From Fimicolochytrium jonesii (taxonomy: Eukaryota), in contig NW_026515671.1 in NCBI RefSeq assembly GCF_025526975.1, positions 744,001 to 808,000 of the forward strand: 64,000 bases of DNA, given 5' to 3'. The number at the start of each line of letters is the position of its first letter. Position 1 is the stretch's first letter. This document shows positions 12,248 to 21,975 of this stretch, piece by piece. The position numbers and the translations under genes were made by a program. The notes under the pieces are model-generated. The model did not search any database. It worked only from the letters and a program-made list of their open reading frames with translations, and was not told the origin of the DNA.

Positions 12248-12476
12248 CAAACGTTGTCATCCTTTGGTCAACACGCCATCTAATATACCGTAGCCCCGTC
12301 GGCGTAAAAATTCTGATAGTTCGGCATCTTATCATATTGTAAACGCATTTCATTGGATTCGAAATATATAAAGGATGTAAATGCAAGGTCCGATGCTGAT
12401 GGAGATGGGTATAAATCTTATCCAAAAAAAACTCATGATATATATCTCATCAGCCCTAAAGTAACGAGGTGAAGAA

Positions 12477-13694
12477 TCAAGCATGATTCTCCATCTTCTT
12501 GTGTCTCTTGCATGCATCACTTCTGGCGAAAGCTTTGCCGCAGGAGCAGACGTGCTTCAGCGGTCCCAGCAGGTGAACCGATCGTTCGTGTCGGACGAGA
12601 TCGTGCTTTCGCGCAAACGAGTGCTTGCATCGGCAACATACGTATGGCCGCGTGCCCGAGTGTGCGGCGACGCAGTGGGACTTCAGATTGTACTTCCTCG
12701 TGAACTTTCGGCCGCAGCCAGCATGCTTGCAGAAGTGGACCTTCAAGTCGTCCGACGACCCAGCCCTTCTTGTTTCGGAAGGAAAGGGCTCCTCGGGCGC
12801 GCCTTGCGGGCGAGACAACTCGGCCAGGATGGCGGCCAGCTCGGCGGAGCTGGGGGCAGCGAACGCCGCCGAAGGCGTCAGGGGTGCATGGCTGGGCACT
12901 GTTGGCACTGTTGGGACAACAGGCCCGACGGCAGCATCGTGCCCGAGCCACGGTGGCATGGTGATGGTCGACGACTCTAGTTCGCGGAACTGCCGCCCGA
13001 GCTCGTCGTCGTCGTCGAGCTCCCCGCTCAAAGGCGCAAAGGCGAACTTGTTGGACATGGCATTGTTGTTCTCATTGTGGAAATGAGAAGGTGCCCACAC
13101 TGCTTGAGGGGATCCGCACGACTGTTCGTCGGCGCTACTCCATGCTCCACTGTCGGAGCGCGGCCGGGACCAGTCGGAGTCGGGATCCAAGGTAGACCAC
13201 TGAGGGAAGTAGGAGTCCTCCAAAAGCGACTCCGCTGGCAAGGCGAAAGGGGTGACCTTGTCCGGGACGTCCGGAACCGACTCGATGGAGAACGCAGGGG
13301 ATTGCCATACCGGTTCGAAAGGATTGTTAGCCGTTGGATAGTACGTCGAGTACGTCGGCTTTTGAAGGCGAGAAGGGGGGCCGGGTACGAGGTCGTCGGC
13401 GGGACGTGTAGACGCGCTGTCGTAATTCTGCGGAATGACGTGCGCGTCGGAGGTCTGGGAAGACCACTGGTCCCAATTCGGCGTCGAGGTGCTTTGGGCG
13501 AGGGCTCCAAAGTCCAGACCTCCTTGTTGCTCGACGGCGAAAGGGCTCGACCGGAAGTCAGCTGCCCAGGCTTCGTCGAGGCCAGCGCAGAAGTCGTCCC
13601 ATGCCGCTGTGGTGGTGGCCAATGTTTTCATCGGCGAAATGTTGGGCTCCTCCCAGGACGGGGAAAAGAGCATAGTGGCCTTTACGTTGCACAT
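12477..13694 (-). CDS. C2H2 zinc-finger transcription factor, CRZ1-like finger array, intronless (start uncertain)
   Basis: Three C-terminal fingers CKHAGCGRKFTRKYNLKSH, CCRCKHSFARKHDLVRH and CSCGKAFARSDACKRH; S/P/D-rich N-terminus. Confidence 0.85.
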   Translation of the reverse strand: MCNVKATMLFSPSWEEPNISPMKTLATTTAAWDDFCAGLDEAWAADFRSSPFAVEQQGGLDFGALAQSTSTPNWDQWSSQTSDAHVIPQNYDSASTRPADDLVPGPPSRLQKPTYSTYYPTANNPFEPVWQSPAFSIESVPDVPDKVTPFALPAESLLEDSYFPQWSTLDPDSDWSRPRSDSGAWSSADEQSCGSPQAVWAPSHFHNENNNAMSNKFAFAPLSGELDDDDELGRQFRELESSTITMPPWLGHDAAVGPVVPTVPTVPSHAPLTPSAAFAAPSSAELAAILAELSRPQGAPEEPFPSETRRAGSSDDLKVHFCKHAGCGRKFTRKYNLKSHCVAAHSGTRPYVCCRCKHSFARKHDLVRHERSVHLLGPLKHVCSCGKAFARSDACKRHKKMENHA

Positions 13695-14769
13695 GTGGCC
13701 GATGGTTTGACGATGTTGGTGGCGTTCTGAATATCTGCGAGGGTGATCAAAAAGATGTTGATCAGAAAGCCATGTGGGAGTGGAACGGAGCCCACACCCA
13801 TAGCCGACATTTATAGTGCCGAATCCTGTAGTTCCACTTACCTGAGGCGCTCATCATTCAACAGGGCTTGAAGCCAATCAGGCTCCTACGCTTCCCATGG
13901 GTGACATTTGCGGTTTTTTTCTCCAGACCCTTAGTGTCTACAGAGAGCGTCAGGTCGCCGACCGGGGCCCTTCGGTTGCGAGATAGACCCATCCTTCCCA
14001 TAGGGTTAACCTTAAGCAGGACTGGCGTCCGCTCTTTGCAGCGCGGGTCACTGCGAGCACAGTCGTCTCTACTTGGTCCTAGGTAATCATTGTCTGGGCG
14101 CGACGGTCATATTGCGGTGCGCCGCCTGAAGAGTACTGTCGACGATATTTCAGCGAAAGGTATGATTTCGCTTTTCCAATTGAGGCAGTGCTCCAATTCT
14201 GCAAGGGTATGGGCCCGTTTGTAGGTGTCGCAAACGCCGCAGAGACGTGACATTATGGACCGACGGCACCATGCCGTGGCCCTTACTGGAGGAAAATACC
14301 CCGGGAAATAACCCAGAACCAGGGGAAGACTGAAACCCCTCTTCCAACCGGCTGAGGGATGGTTCCGGGATTCCCTTAGCGCACCTTCCGTGCATTCCGT
14401 CATCTGTGTTTATCCGGACAGCAAGGGGAAGGAAACCTCGTCCAAGGTATTCGGAGCTTACATTGAATGTGTGTCTGAGTGCATGGGGTGCAAGCGCCTT
14501 GAGATACGTCGGAGGTTCATGGAGCTCATGGTCCCTTCCATGGGTTTCCGGCGCTCTGGGTGTTAGTACGGTACTCATGTCTTGTGACAAAACGACCCCG
14601 ATAGCACCTTAATTTCGCACGAACTCCGACCAAGCTTAACGTTAAAGAGATTTCTCTTTTCAGGTGTCCGCCAATAGAAATCCACGATGAACTTGTACGC
14701 CATTAGGCTCAACTCAAATGGTATGGAACAAGGAACAAGGAATATGTGATTTCCGAGGCTAAGAGCCGC

Positions 14770-15062
14770 GAGGTTGGCGCGTAGGTCTATTAAGGAATCA
14801 AAGGGCTACAGGCACGGGAGGCGGATTGAAGAGCAAGGGATGAGGTATAGTATTGCTAAGCTAGTAAAGGTATCACTACGTCGGATTAGTTTTTGGCGAT
14901 GGCACGAAATTAGGTCGAGGTTGGCGCGTAGGTCTATTAAGGAAGCAAAGGGCTACAAGGGGGGCGGATTGAAGAGCGAGGGACGAGGTATAGTATTGCT
15001 AAGCTAGTAAAGGTATCACTACGTCGGATTGGTTTTTAGCGATGGCACGAAATTAGGTCGAG
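14770..15062. repeat. Tandem direct duplication, two copies of ~145 bp
   Basis: GAGGTTGGCGCGTAGGTCTATTAAGGAA...GGTATAGTATTGCTAAGCTAGTAAAGGTATCACTACGTCGGATT...GGCACGAAATTAGGTCGAG starts at 14770 and again at 14917, with a few substitutions and a small indel. Confidence 0.95.
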
Positions 15063-15100
15063 TCAGGTCAGCGCGATATCGTTTCTCTGTCGCAGAATTT

Positions 15101-15394
15101 CTATGCGACAGCGTCCGGCGTGTTTGAATCTTGTTCAGCTTCATCAAGGATGATTATGACAACTTCGCCGTCCGTTGGTTCAACGACTGGGTCGTCTCGC
15201 CTTCGAAGGACAGTTTTCACGAGATCGCGGGGTGGATTTGCATGTGGGTGAAACAAGTCGGATTTGCTATCGAAGCTGGGCAGGCGGCTAGGGTTCGACG
15301 CCTTGTCTATGGCGGAAGTTGATGTGGACTTGAAGGGAATTGGGCTGGCTTGCACGAGGGCGATGAGGGGTAATAAGAGGATTGATGTGCGCAT
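15101..15394 (-). CDS. Small secreted protein / candidate propeptide (97 aa)
   Basis: MRTSILLLPLIALVQA|SPIP signal peptide; internal LRRR basic site followed by an acidic C-terminal peptide. Confidence 0.65.
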   Translation of the reverse strand: MRTSILLLPLIALVQASPIPFKSTSTSAIDKASNPSRLPSFDSKSDLFHPHANPPRDLVKTVLRRRDDPVVEPTDGEVVIIILDEAEQDSNTPDAVA

Positions 15395-16571
15395 AGTTGA
15401 CGGGTCTGGTTCGGGTGCTATTAGATGATAGTATACTTGTTTGTAGGAATGAATCTTCAAAACATGGGGCGGGAGGGCGGCAGAGCTCTACTTATGTAGT
15501 GAATGATGCACAACTTCTCTGAGGATATTCTTAGGTTTTGTCAACAAAGCTGCTCAACCCGTTGTCCATGTTTATATTTAGGCCTTCCTCGGCCGAGAAT
15601 CCTGCTGACCTGCTTGATCATACGCTGGTTTCTATTTTCATACAACTGGGTCGAAGATAACCCCACGCTGTCGAAATTGCTGAAACACAACCAGCTCCTT
15701 TTGGGGACATCCAAAATGCACCCCGAACGAACAGTTACCCATTCCATACCCCATTCCTCAGAAGTTTCTCTTCGCAGGCTTTCCCTCCCAGACACAAATC
15801 CAAAATGAAATGTTCCAAGCGCGCTCTTGGCTTTGGCCTCCGCCATTGCCGCCACGAGGTGGAGAAACGTGAACCTCGCTATATCAGCTCATAGTCCGCG
15901 ACGACGCCGTTCCCAATGAGGTGGTGTCCGGTGATGATAACGTGCCTGGTGATGGTGACAAGGCGGTGCCCGGTGACGAGGGTGTCGAGAAGCGCGAACC
16001 TCGCTTCTCCGTCTGCCCCTTCACATTGTGCTGAACAATGCGGTGCACCTGCCGTCGCTAGCAGAATCCCCCTCTTTCTGGGCGCTGCACTGAGTAACTG
16101 AATGGAATGGGTGCCCCTCAGTACGACCACATCACGAGGACGGCTCCCGAGCCTTGCACAGAAGCTTAACATCAGGCGCTCTTAAGGATGTGGAGTGGGC
16201 AGAGTAGACGGAACAGCAAACACCGCATAAGACGCATCGTTTCTCTCGTCTTTGTCTTCGTTCATCTTCACGCTATCAGTTCGCCAGAACCCACTATGTA
16301 GGTTGTGTGCAATGCCATTTTGAGACGTACAGGGTTAATTCTTTATATATGGATAGTACAGATGTTAGAGAGGGGACCTTATAATATACCACATTCGACT
16401 TTCGCGGATATCCAACCGAAATCCTGATCGAAACCATTGTCAGGTAGGGTATGCTAACCTTTTTCGTGGGTATAAGAGACTTTCTAGCTAGGTTCGTGTC
16501 CAGACTGTCCCAGTACATAGGGGTATCTTGAAGGGGTTAAAAGACGAGGTGTCCACCGGGAAACTGCCATT

Positions 16572-17991
16572 TTACAGCGCGATGATACGCTCGCCATTGC
16601 GGACCTTGGCGATCCAATCGCGCAAGGCGTTGAAAGCGAGTCCAATGTTGTGCGGCAACCCGCAGATGGAGAGCCGGCGTACTCGGGCGACGTTGTGCGG
16701 GAATCCACGGATGGATTGACGGAGTTGGTCGTTGCACGATTGCATGACACGTGCAAGGTCCTCCGGGCGGTCCGAAATTTGGATGAAGACGCTAGTTGCT
16801 TGCGTTAGCTGGTCGAGGACATGTCCGTGCAAGATGAGTCCGCAGACATCGTGATCGATAAGGAAGGCGGCGGTGGTTCGCATGCTGTCCGTGTCTCCAC
16901 CCTTGTTGATGGTGGAAACAGATTTGGATATGTTTTCGAGGGTAGTGGCGATGGTCTCGAACTGGACGTTGACGGCTTGGAAGGCCGTTGTGACTTGCCC
17001 GTGCCAGTTGTCGAGTTGCTGGCGAGCTTGGGCCCATTCAGTGGCTACTTGCTCGGTTGCTCTCAATCGCTTGATGTGTAGAATTTGGAAATCAGTATGC
17101 GTCTGGACACGGATGGCACGATTCCCCACCCGCGATAACTCACCTCATCCATCACCTCGACCGTGCTTCCGAGGGCCTCATGGGAGTGATTGAGCTGCTC
17201 AAGGTTGCTGCGGTTGGCCTCGGTTGCGCGAGCGGTCTGCTCAACCTTGACACTGAGGTCGCCGCCGAGCTTCTCCATGAGCGCCATACGCGCGTAGAGG
17301 TTGCTGACACGATCTTCATGTCGCGAGAAGTTGATGACCGAAAGCCTTGAGAGGTCCTCGAGGTTGCTCGCCACCTTGAGTTGAGTAGAAAAATGGATGC
17401 CCGTCAGGTATGGGTTATGAGGTTTCAAGGCATTCTTGAACGTACTTGATCGAGGATGACCTCAACGGGACGCCCTCCATTGACGCTCTCGCCACGGTGA
17501 CGAGGCTCGTCGCAGTCTGAGCGGGGACGAGTGTCTTCGCATTCGGAAATGGAATCGCAGGTGGACTGAGGTGACCTGCGGTTGGTTGGGAATGAGACAT
17601 GACCGCGTGCGAATGGGTTCAAGAATCAAGCTCACATAGACCGTTGCTTTTCCATGGGGTACAGGTGCTGGATGATTGCCCATTTGAGACCATCGCCGCT
17701 GCGGGGGATGGGGGTAATGCCAAAGTGACGGGCGATGATCTTGAGGTCTTGGAAAGAGAAGGAGCCGGACAACAGATCGCCGATGGTTATCGCATCCGGG
17801 TGGAGTTCCTCCTAGAAAAACGAGAGCGGAATCAGATGTAGTTAGAGACGCCTCCAATGTTGTGTCCCAAAGAGATGGGACCACAAGTCCTGCTGGTCAA
17901 TCAGTACCTTCAAGGTGGAGCGAGACCTCTTCACAGCCTCGATGTCTTCAGGGTCTTCGGACGCGGCGCACCTCTTCTTGCCCTTGTTCAT
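16572..17991 (-). CDS. Orphan 5-exon protein: basic N-terminus, SAP/HeH-like helical motif, long coiled coil
   Basis: Manual splicing via GTACTG, GTGAGC, GTACGT and GTGAGT donors gives an uninterrupted ORF: MNKGKKR...|EELHPD...SFQDLKIIARHFGITPIPRSGDGLKWAIIQHL...|...VILDQ|VASNLEDL...VMDE|RLRATEQ...ERIIAL*. Confidence 0.65.
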
Positions 17992-18101
17992 GATCGAGTC
18001 GGAAAAGTACGAAAGGAACCAGGAGTACGAAGATCCGAACAGAAAGAGGAGAACCAGCAGATCGAACGCAAACAGATCCTAGACTATAGTACCAGACAAA
18101 A

Positions 18102-18580
18102 GAACGAACGACGAAACGAACGGCAGTCTCGACGGAACGCAAACGAACGCAAACGAACGCAAACAAACGCAACCGAACGCAAACGAACTAACGGACCAAA
18201 ACGGACGCAAACGGATCCAGAAACGAACGAGCCGAACGATATTCCGGAATGAACAATATCTTCAAATGTCACGAACGAACGAGATGCAAGAGCGAACGAA
18301 CGAGATGCAAGAACGAACGAACGAGATGCAAGAACGAACGAACGAGATGCAAGAACGAACGAACGAGACGCAAGAACGAGCGAACGAGATGCAAGAACGA
18401 ACGAACGCCGGCTGGAAAAACGAACGCGCGGGAGCTTACGAACGAGAGGCAAACCGAACGAGAAATCCAACGAACGAGAGTTCCAATGTAGCCGAACGAA
18501 CAAATGAACGAAAGAGCGAGGTGAAGGTTACGAACGAATGAATGAACGAGCGAGCGAGGTGAACCTTACGAACGAACGAG
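18102..18580. repeat. AACG-derived satellite with a core of six 21-bp units (ACGAACGAACGAGATGCAAGA, 18271-18396) and 10-bp GAACGCAAAC units
   Basis: Directly visible repeats. The overlapping RTNEMQE / KNERTRC ORFs are by-products of the repeat. Confidence 0.95.
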
Positions 18581-18932
18581 TTGCTGCAAACGTATGGCAC
18601 GATGGGTTTCCAGATGGGCGAGATGGGGAAATGGGAGGGAGGAGGGGGACTTCGATCGGCCTTTTTGTAACTGCCCGCAAGTCGGACATCGCTCGGACAA
18701 CGAAGTTTAATACAGGTCCCGTGGCTGTGCGTGACTGGAGTGTTAAAACTGCGCCTGTTGGACAGCAATGAGTCAGCATTAAACGGGCGAAGGGACGCGC
18801 GAGTCCTGTGTTGCGCTCCCCCCTTTCGTGTGATTGCTGTGCGGTGCCGTCTGTGCTCACGGCAACTGATCTCGCCGATCAACAATCATCTTGGCTCTTG
18901 CTATACGAGCAGGGCCCAGGAAAGAGAGCTCG

Positions 18933-18992
18933 TGCACTGCTGCACTGCTGCTGCTGCTTGCTGCTGGTGTTGCTGCTGTTGCTGCTGCTGCT
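18933..18992. repeat. Imperfect (CTG)n microsatellite
   Basis: tgcactgctgcactgctgctgctgc...gctgctgctgct. Confidence 0.9.
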
Positions 18993-19131
18993 ATCAAAGT
19001 TCTGCAAGGGCAACTGTCAACGGTTTCTCTGACTCCGTGTATGTTAGATCTGTAAAGAGTTGCCAAGAACTGTGCGCTACACCAAGTCGCAAACCCCCCG
19101 TAATCCCCTTCCTTCCCCCAACACTTGTACA

Positions 19132-20205
19132 ATGGTGCAAGCACTATCAAGCTACGACGAGAACAATTCTGCTTCACGAACGCGTATCACTTCGCGGGCC
19201 AATGCGAGGGACGACGACGGCGCCGGAGGGGTTGACAGCGACTCGTCCGACTCCGAGGACGAAACTTGGATGCTGCGGGACATGGCTTCCGTGAGACGTG
19301 TGCATGCCGATAGGATGCGCGCCGGTGTGTCGGCGGCGAACAGGGATTCGTCGCCAGCAGCAGGAGGGGAGGCGGCGGCGACGGCAAGGGTGTCGGTTGG
19401 GATTAGGGAGCAAGGCGCTGCTTCCGTCGGCTTGACTGCTGACGGAGAACAAGCATTGGAGGGATCGCCAATCTCCGGTCAATTGGAAAATCCGAATGGC
19501 ATCGAAATTGGGCCCTCAGGTCTACGTGTCCTGGCGGACTATAGGGCCTCGATCACCGACCGGGCCAGTCAACCTGCCCATGTCATACGAACCCCTCAGA
19601 ACGTCGAAACCTTGCCTAGCAGCGGAGTCGTGACCGCAACGCCAACAGCGAATCCACCAAGACGTGGCGAGCCGGTCGGGAGGAGCGCGGCAGAGGTTTC
19701 GACCGGCGACATCATGCAACGCATAAACACCTTTGCCGCTTATATCACCAATACCGGCGAGAACGGTACAGCACTCTACCGTCGCTCCAGCGTCAGCTCG
19801 AGCCCGTATAACGCCGCCCCACCCATGGCCGACGGCAACACAACCACAACCACAACACCCACGACAACCATCTCTGCAGCACCCCTAGACCGCAACGCAT
19901 CCTCCTCATCCACCACCCGTTCATCCGAAAGCCCCGACAAACTCCCCCCGTACGTCCGCATCGTCGTCGTTCCCGTCCCCAACGCACCAGCCCGCATCGA
20001 GCCAATACCGTTCAAAATCCGCCGAACGACCCCATTACGCAGACTCATGGACAATTTCTGTCGACGCGCGGGATGTAGCACGATTTGGTCGGAGTTTCTG
20101 TTTGAGGGCGAGCAGATTGGTGGCTGGATGACGGCGGAGGAGTTGGGGGTTGAGACGGATGCGGTCATTAGGTGTGTGGAGAGGGTTGAGAGGGTTGGGA
20201 GGTGA
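19132..20205 (+). CDS. Protein with long disordered N-terminus and one C-terminal SUMO-like (Rad60-SLD) domain, intronless
   Basis: YVRIVVV...PIPFKIRRTTPLRRLMDNFCRRAG...FLFEGEQIGGWMTAEELGVETDAVIRC resembles SUMO (FKIKRTTPLRRLMEAF...FLYDG..I....TPEDL.MED.D.I). Ends RVGR*. Confidence 0.8.
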   Translation: MVQALSSYDENNSASRTRITSRANARDDDGAGGVDSDSSDSEDETWMLRDMASVRRVHADRMRAGVSAANRDSSPAAGGEAAATARVSVGIREQGAASVGLTADGEQALEGSPISGQLENPNGIEIGPSGLRVLADYRASITDRASQPAHVIRTPQNVETLPSSGVVTATPTANPPRRGEPVGRSAAEVSTGDIMQRINTFAAYITNTGENGTALYRRSSVSSSPYNAAPPMADGNTTTTTTPTTTISAAPLDRNASSSSTTRSSESPDKLPPYVRIVVVPVPNAPARIEPIPFKIRRTTPLRRLMDNFCRRAGCSTIWSEFLFEGEQIGGWMTAEELGVETDAVIRCVERVERVGR

Positions 20206-20372
20206 AGATGGGGATACCCCCGGCGTTCTTTCGATTTCGCGGTGTAAATGTCGTTGTCGTGTTGTTAAGAGCAGATTGTGCTTTCACCTGGCCTGTCGTT
20301 TTCTTGTTTGTGATTTTGGATCGCAACATCTTGGGCTTTTTTCCCTTCGCCGCCGAGGACTTTCCGGCGGAT

Positions 20373-20393
20373 GGGGGGGGGGGGGGGGGGGGG
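20373..20393. repeat. Poly-G tract (21 nt)
   Basis: Run of 21 G between two convergent genes. Confidence 0.9.
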
Positions 20394-20642
20394 TCATGTA
20401 TATATGTACAAAACCATTTGAATGTACTTTGATTTTGACGCAGCAACCGCTGGCGATACACACTATTTTTCCACGCTGAACGTTCAAACTCCTTCTTGAC
20501 ATTATGTACAATTGATTGGACCAACAGGTCAACCTGTTACTACTACACGCACGGCGGACCAAAAAAAGAGATCAGATGAGAATTTCAGGATACGACTGAC
20601 CCAGCAGAAGACTAACTACAGAAACGAAAGGCCCAGCCCAAA

Positions 20643-21407
20643 CTATATACTAATACGCCATTCAAAGTTGAATAGATCTTCCATCATCTTCTCGCATTCC
20701 GGAAATACCGCCGAATCCGCCAGCGGATTGGCCTCGGTCAACGGGGCCGGAGAGACGGTAGCTTCTCCCATGCCCGGCATGGTATCTGGCTCAGCAGCGG
20801 TGGCGATCTCCGGCCGGTATTGTTGTGATTCAGTCATCAACGGCTGTTGCACCACAGACTCGACGACGCTGAGCGGCGGAGGAGTGGCGTCTGGTTCCGC
20901 CATATCCATGCTGAAAATATCGCCATCGTCGTCCGGGTCATCGACGTCTCGCGGAGCTTGATGTCGCGGCTGCAGCTCTATGTCGTGGAATGTTCCGAGA
21001 CTCGACTGGGATGTGAAGAAGTTCGCATCGCCTAGCCAGTCGTTCAACAGGACATCCGCCTCGGTTTGTAACTGACTCGACCGTCGTGGCCTGCTGCTTC
21101 CTTCATCTCCTGCTCCAGTCGCCGCAGTATCCCGCCCCCCAACAACCTGCTCAAACTCCTCCTCCACACCTTTCCCATCCCCACCCTCCTCCACAACATC
21201 CTCCCACCTCACATCGACGGCCGAGTCCCTATCGTTCCATTCCCGCTCAAAGTCGGCGTCCCAGGCCTTCCGTGCCGTCGCAAGCAGGTTCTGTAGCAGG
21301 ACTCGGCGGTGGAGCGGGGGTGAGTTTGAGGGCGAGGAGGAGGTGGAGGCGGTGAGGAGGAGCTTGGAGGAGGTGAGCGAGAGGATTTGGATTGTCTCGG
21401 TTGACAT
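20643..21407 (-). CDS. Hypothetical protein with SERTA/IER-like N-terminal motif and acidic body
   Basis: MSTETIQILSLTSSKLL...PPLHRRVLLQNLLATAR, then an acidic low-complexity region ending MMEDLFNFEW. Intronless ORF. Confidence 0.6.
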   Translation of the reverse strand: MSTETIQILSLTSSKLLLTASTSSSPSNSPPLHRRVLLQNLLATARKAWDADFEREWNDRDSAVDVRWEDVVEEGGDGKGVEEEFEQVVGGRDTAATGAGDEGSSRPRRSSQLQTEADVLLNDWLGDANFFTSQSSLGTFHDIELQPRHQAPRDVDDPDDDGDIFSMDMAEPDATPPPLSVVESVVQQPLMTESQQYRPEIATAAEPDTMPGMGEATVSPAPLTEANPLADSAVFPECEKMMEDLFNFEWRISI

Positions 21408-21975
21408 CGATGTGTCATTCGCTCTGGGAAATGTTTGACCGTCGTGTTTTGCCAATGGAGGGCAAAGACGTGAGTGGGGCAATAATCTTTTGACACGAGA
21501 ACTAAGATATATTTCGCAAGCAGTGGAGTGGTTCTTGATGCGCTTGAGGAGACTGCTTTCGCATGACCTGCACTGAGAATTGTTGTCAATGTCGTCGTGG
21601 ATGTGGGATAACTGTGAGTGTTGGGGAAAAGCAGCAGGTGACTGCGTTTGCTTGCTCGGGGCTTGATTGATTGATTGCTGGGAGTGATGACTCAAAATCA
21701 TCAAAGGCAGCTGGCCCCTGGCTGGCCCCTGGTTAAGGCGTTTGAAAACTTACTTCACTTTTATGTGAAGACCAGTATGCCAGCGACTTTTATGTGCAAA
21801 TTGGCTCAGGTCATTTGACATACGAGCATTGCTTTCTTGCTCCGCGCTCCGCGCTTCGTTCTTTCTTCTATTTCGTTGTCCTGGACGTGGTTGAGGATAG
21901 CGCTGACTCCCTGTCGTCGGCCGGTCTTATATTCTCTATTAGCCATTCGGTATTGCGGGAGAAAGGAACCGTCAC

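Noticed and set aside
14107..14580. Possible 2-exon minus-strand gene with a CxxC..H..C motif
   Set aside because: An intron can be drawn, but there is no recognisable homology or convincing coding signal.
15541..16260. Short minus-strand ORFs as retrotransposon gag/pol remnants
   Set aside because: No zinc knuckle, RT, RNase H or integrase motifs, and no LTR pair was found.
18271..18407. 21-bp repeats as a CRISPR array or a repeat-protein ORF (RTNEMQE)n
   Set aside because: The units abut with no unique spacers and there are no cas genes. The ORFs exist only because the repeat lacks stop codons.
21709..21732. GCTGGCCCCTG tandem repeat as paired STRE (CCCCT) elements
   Set aside because: Too short to distinguish from a chance micro-duplication.
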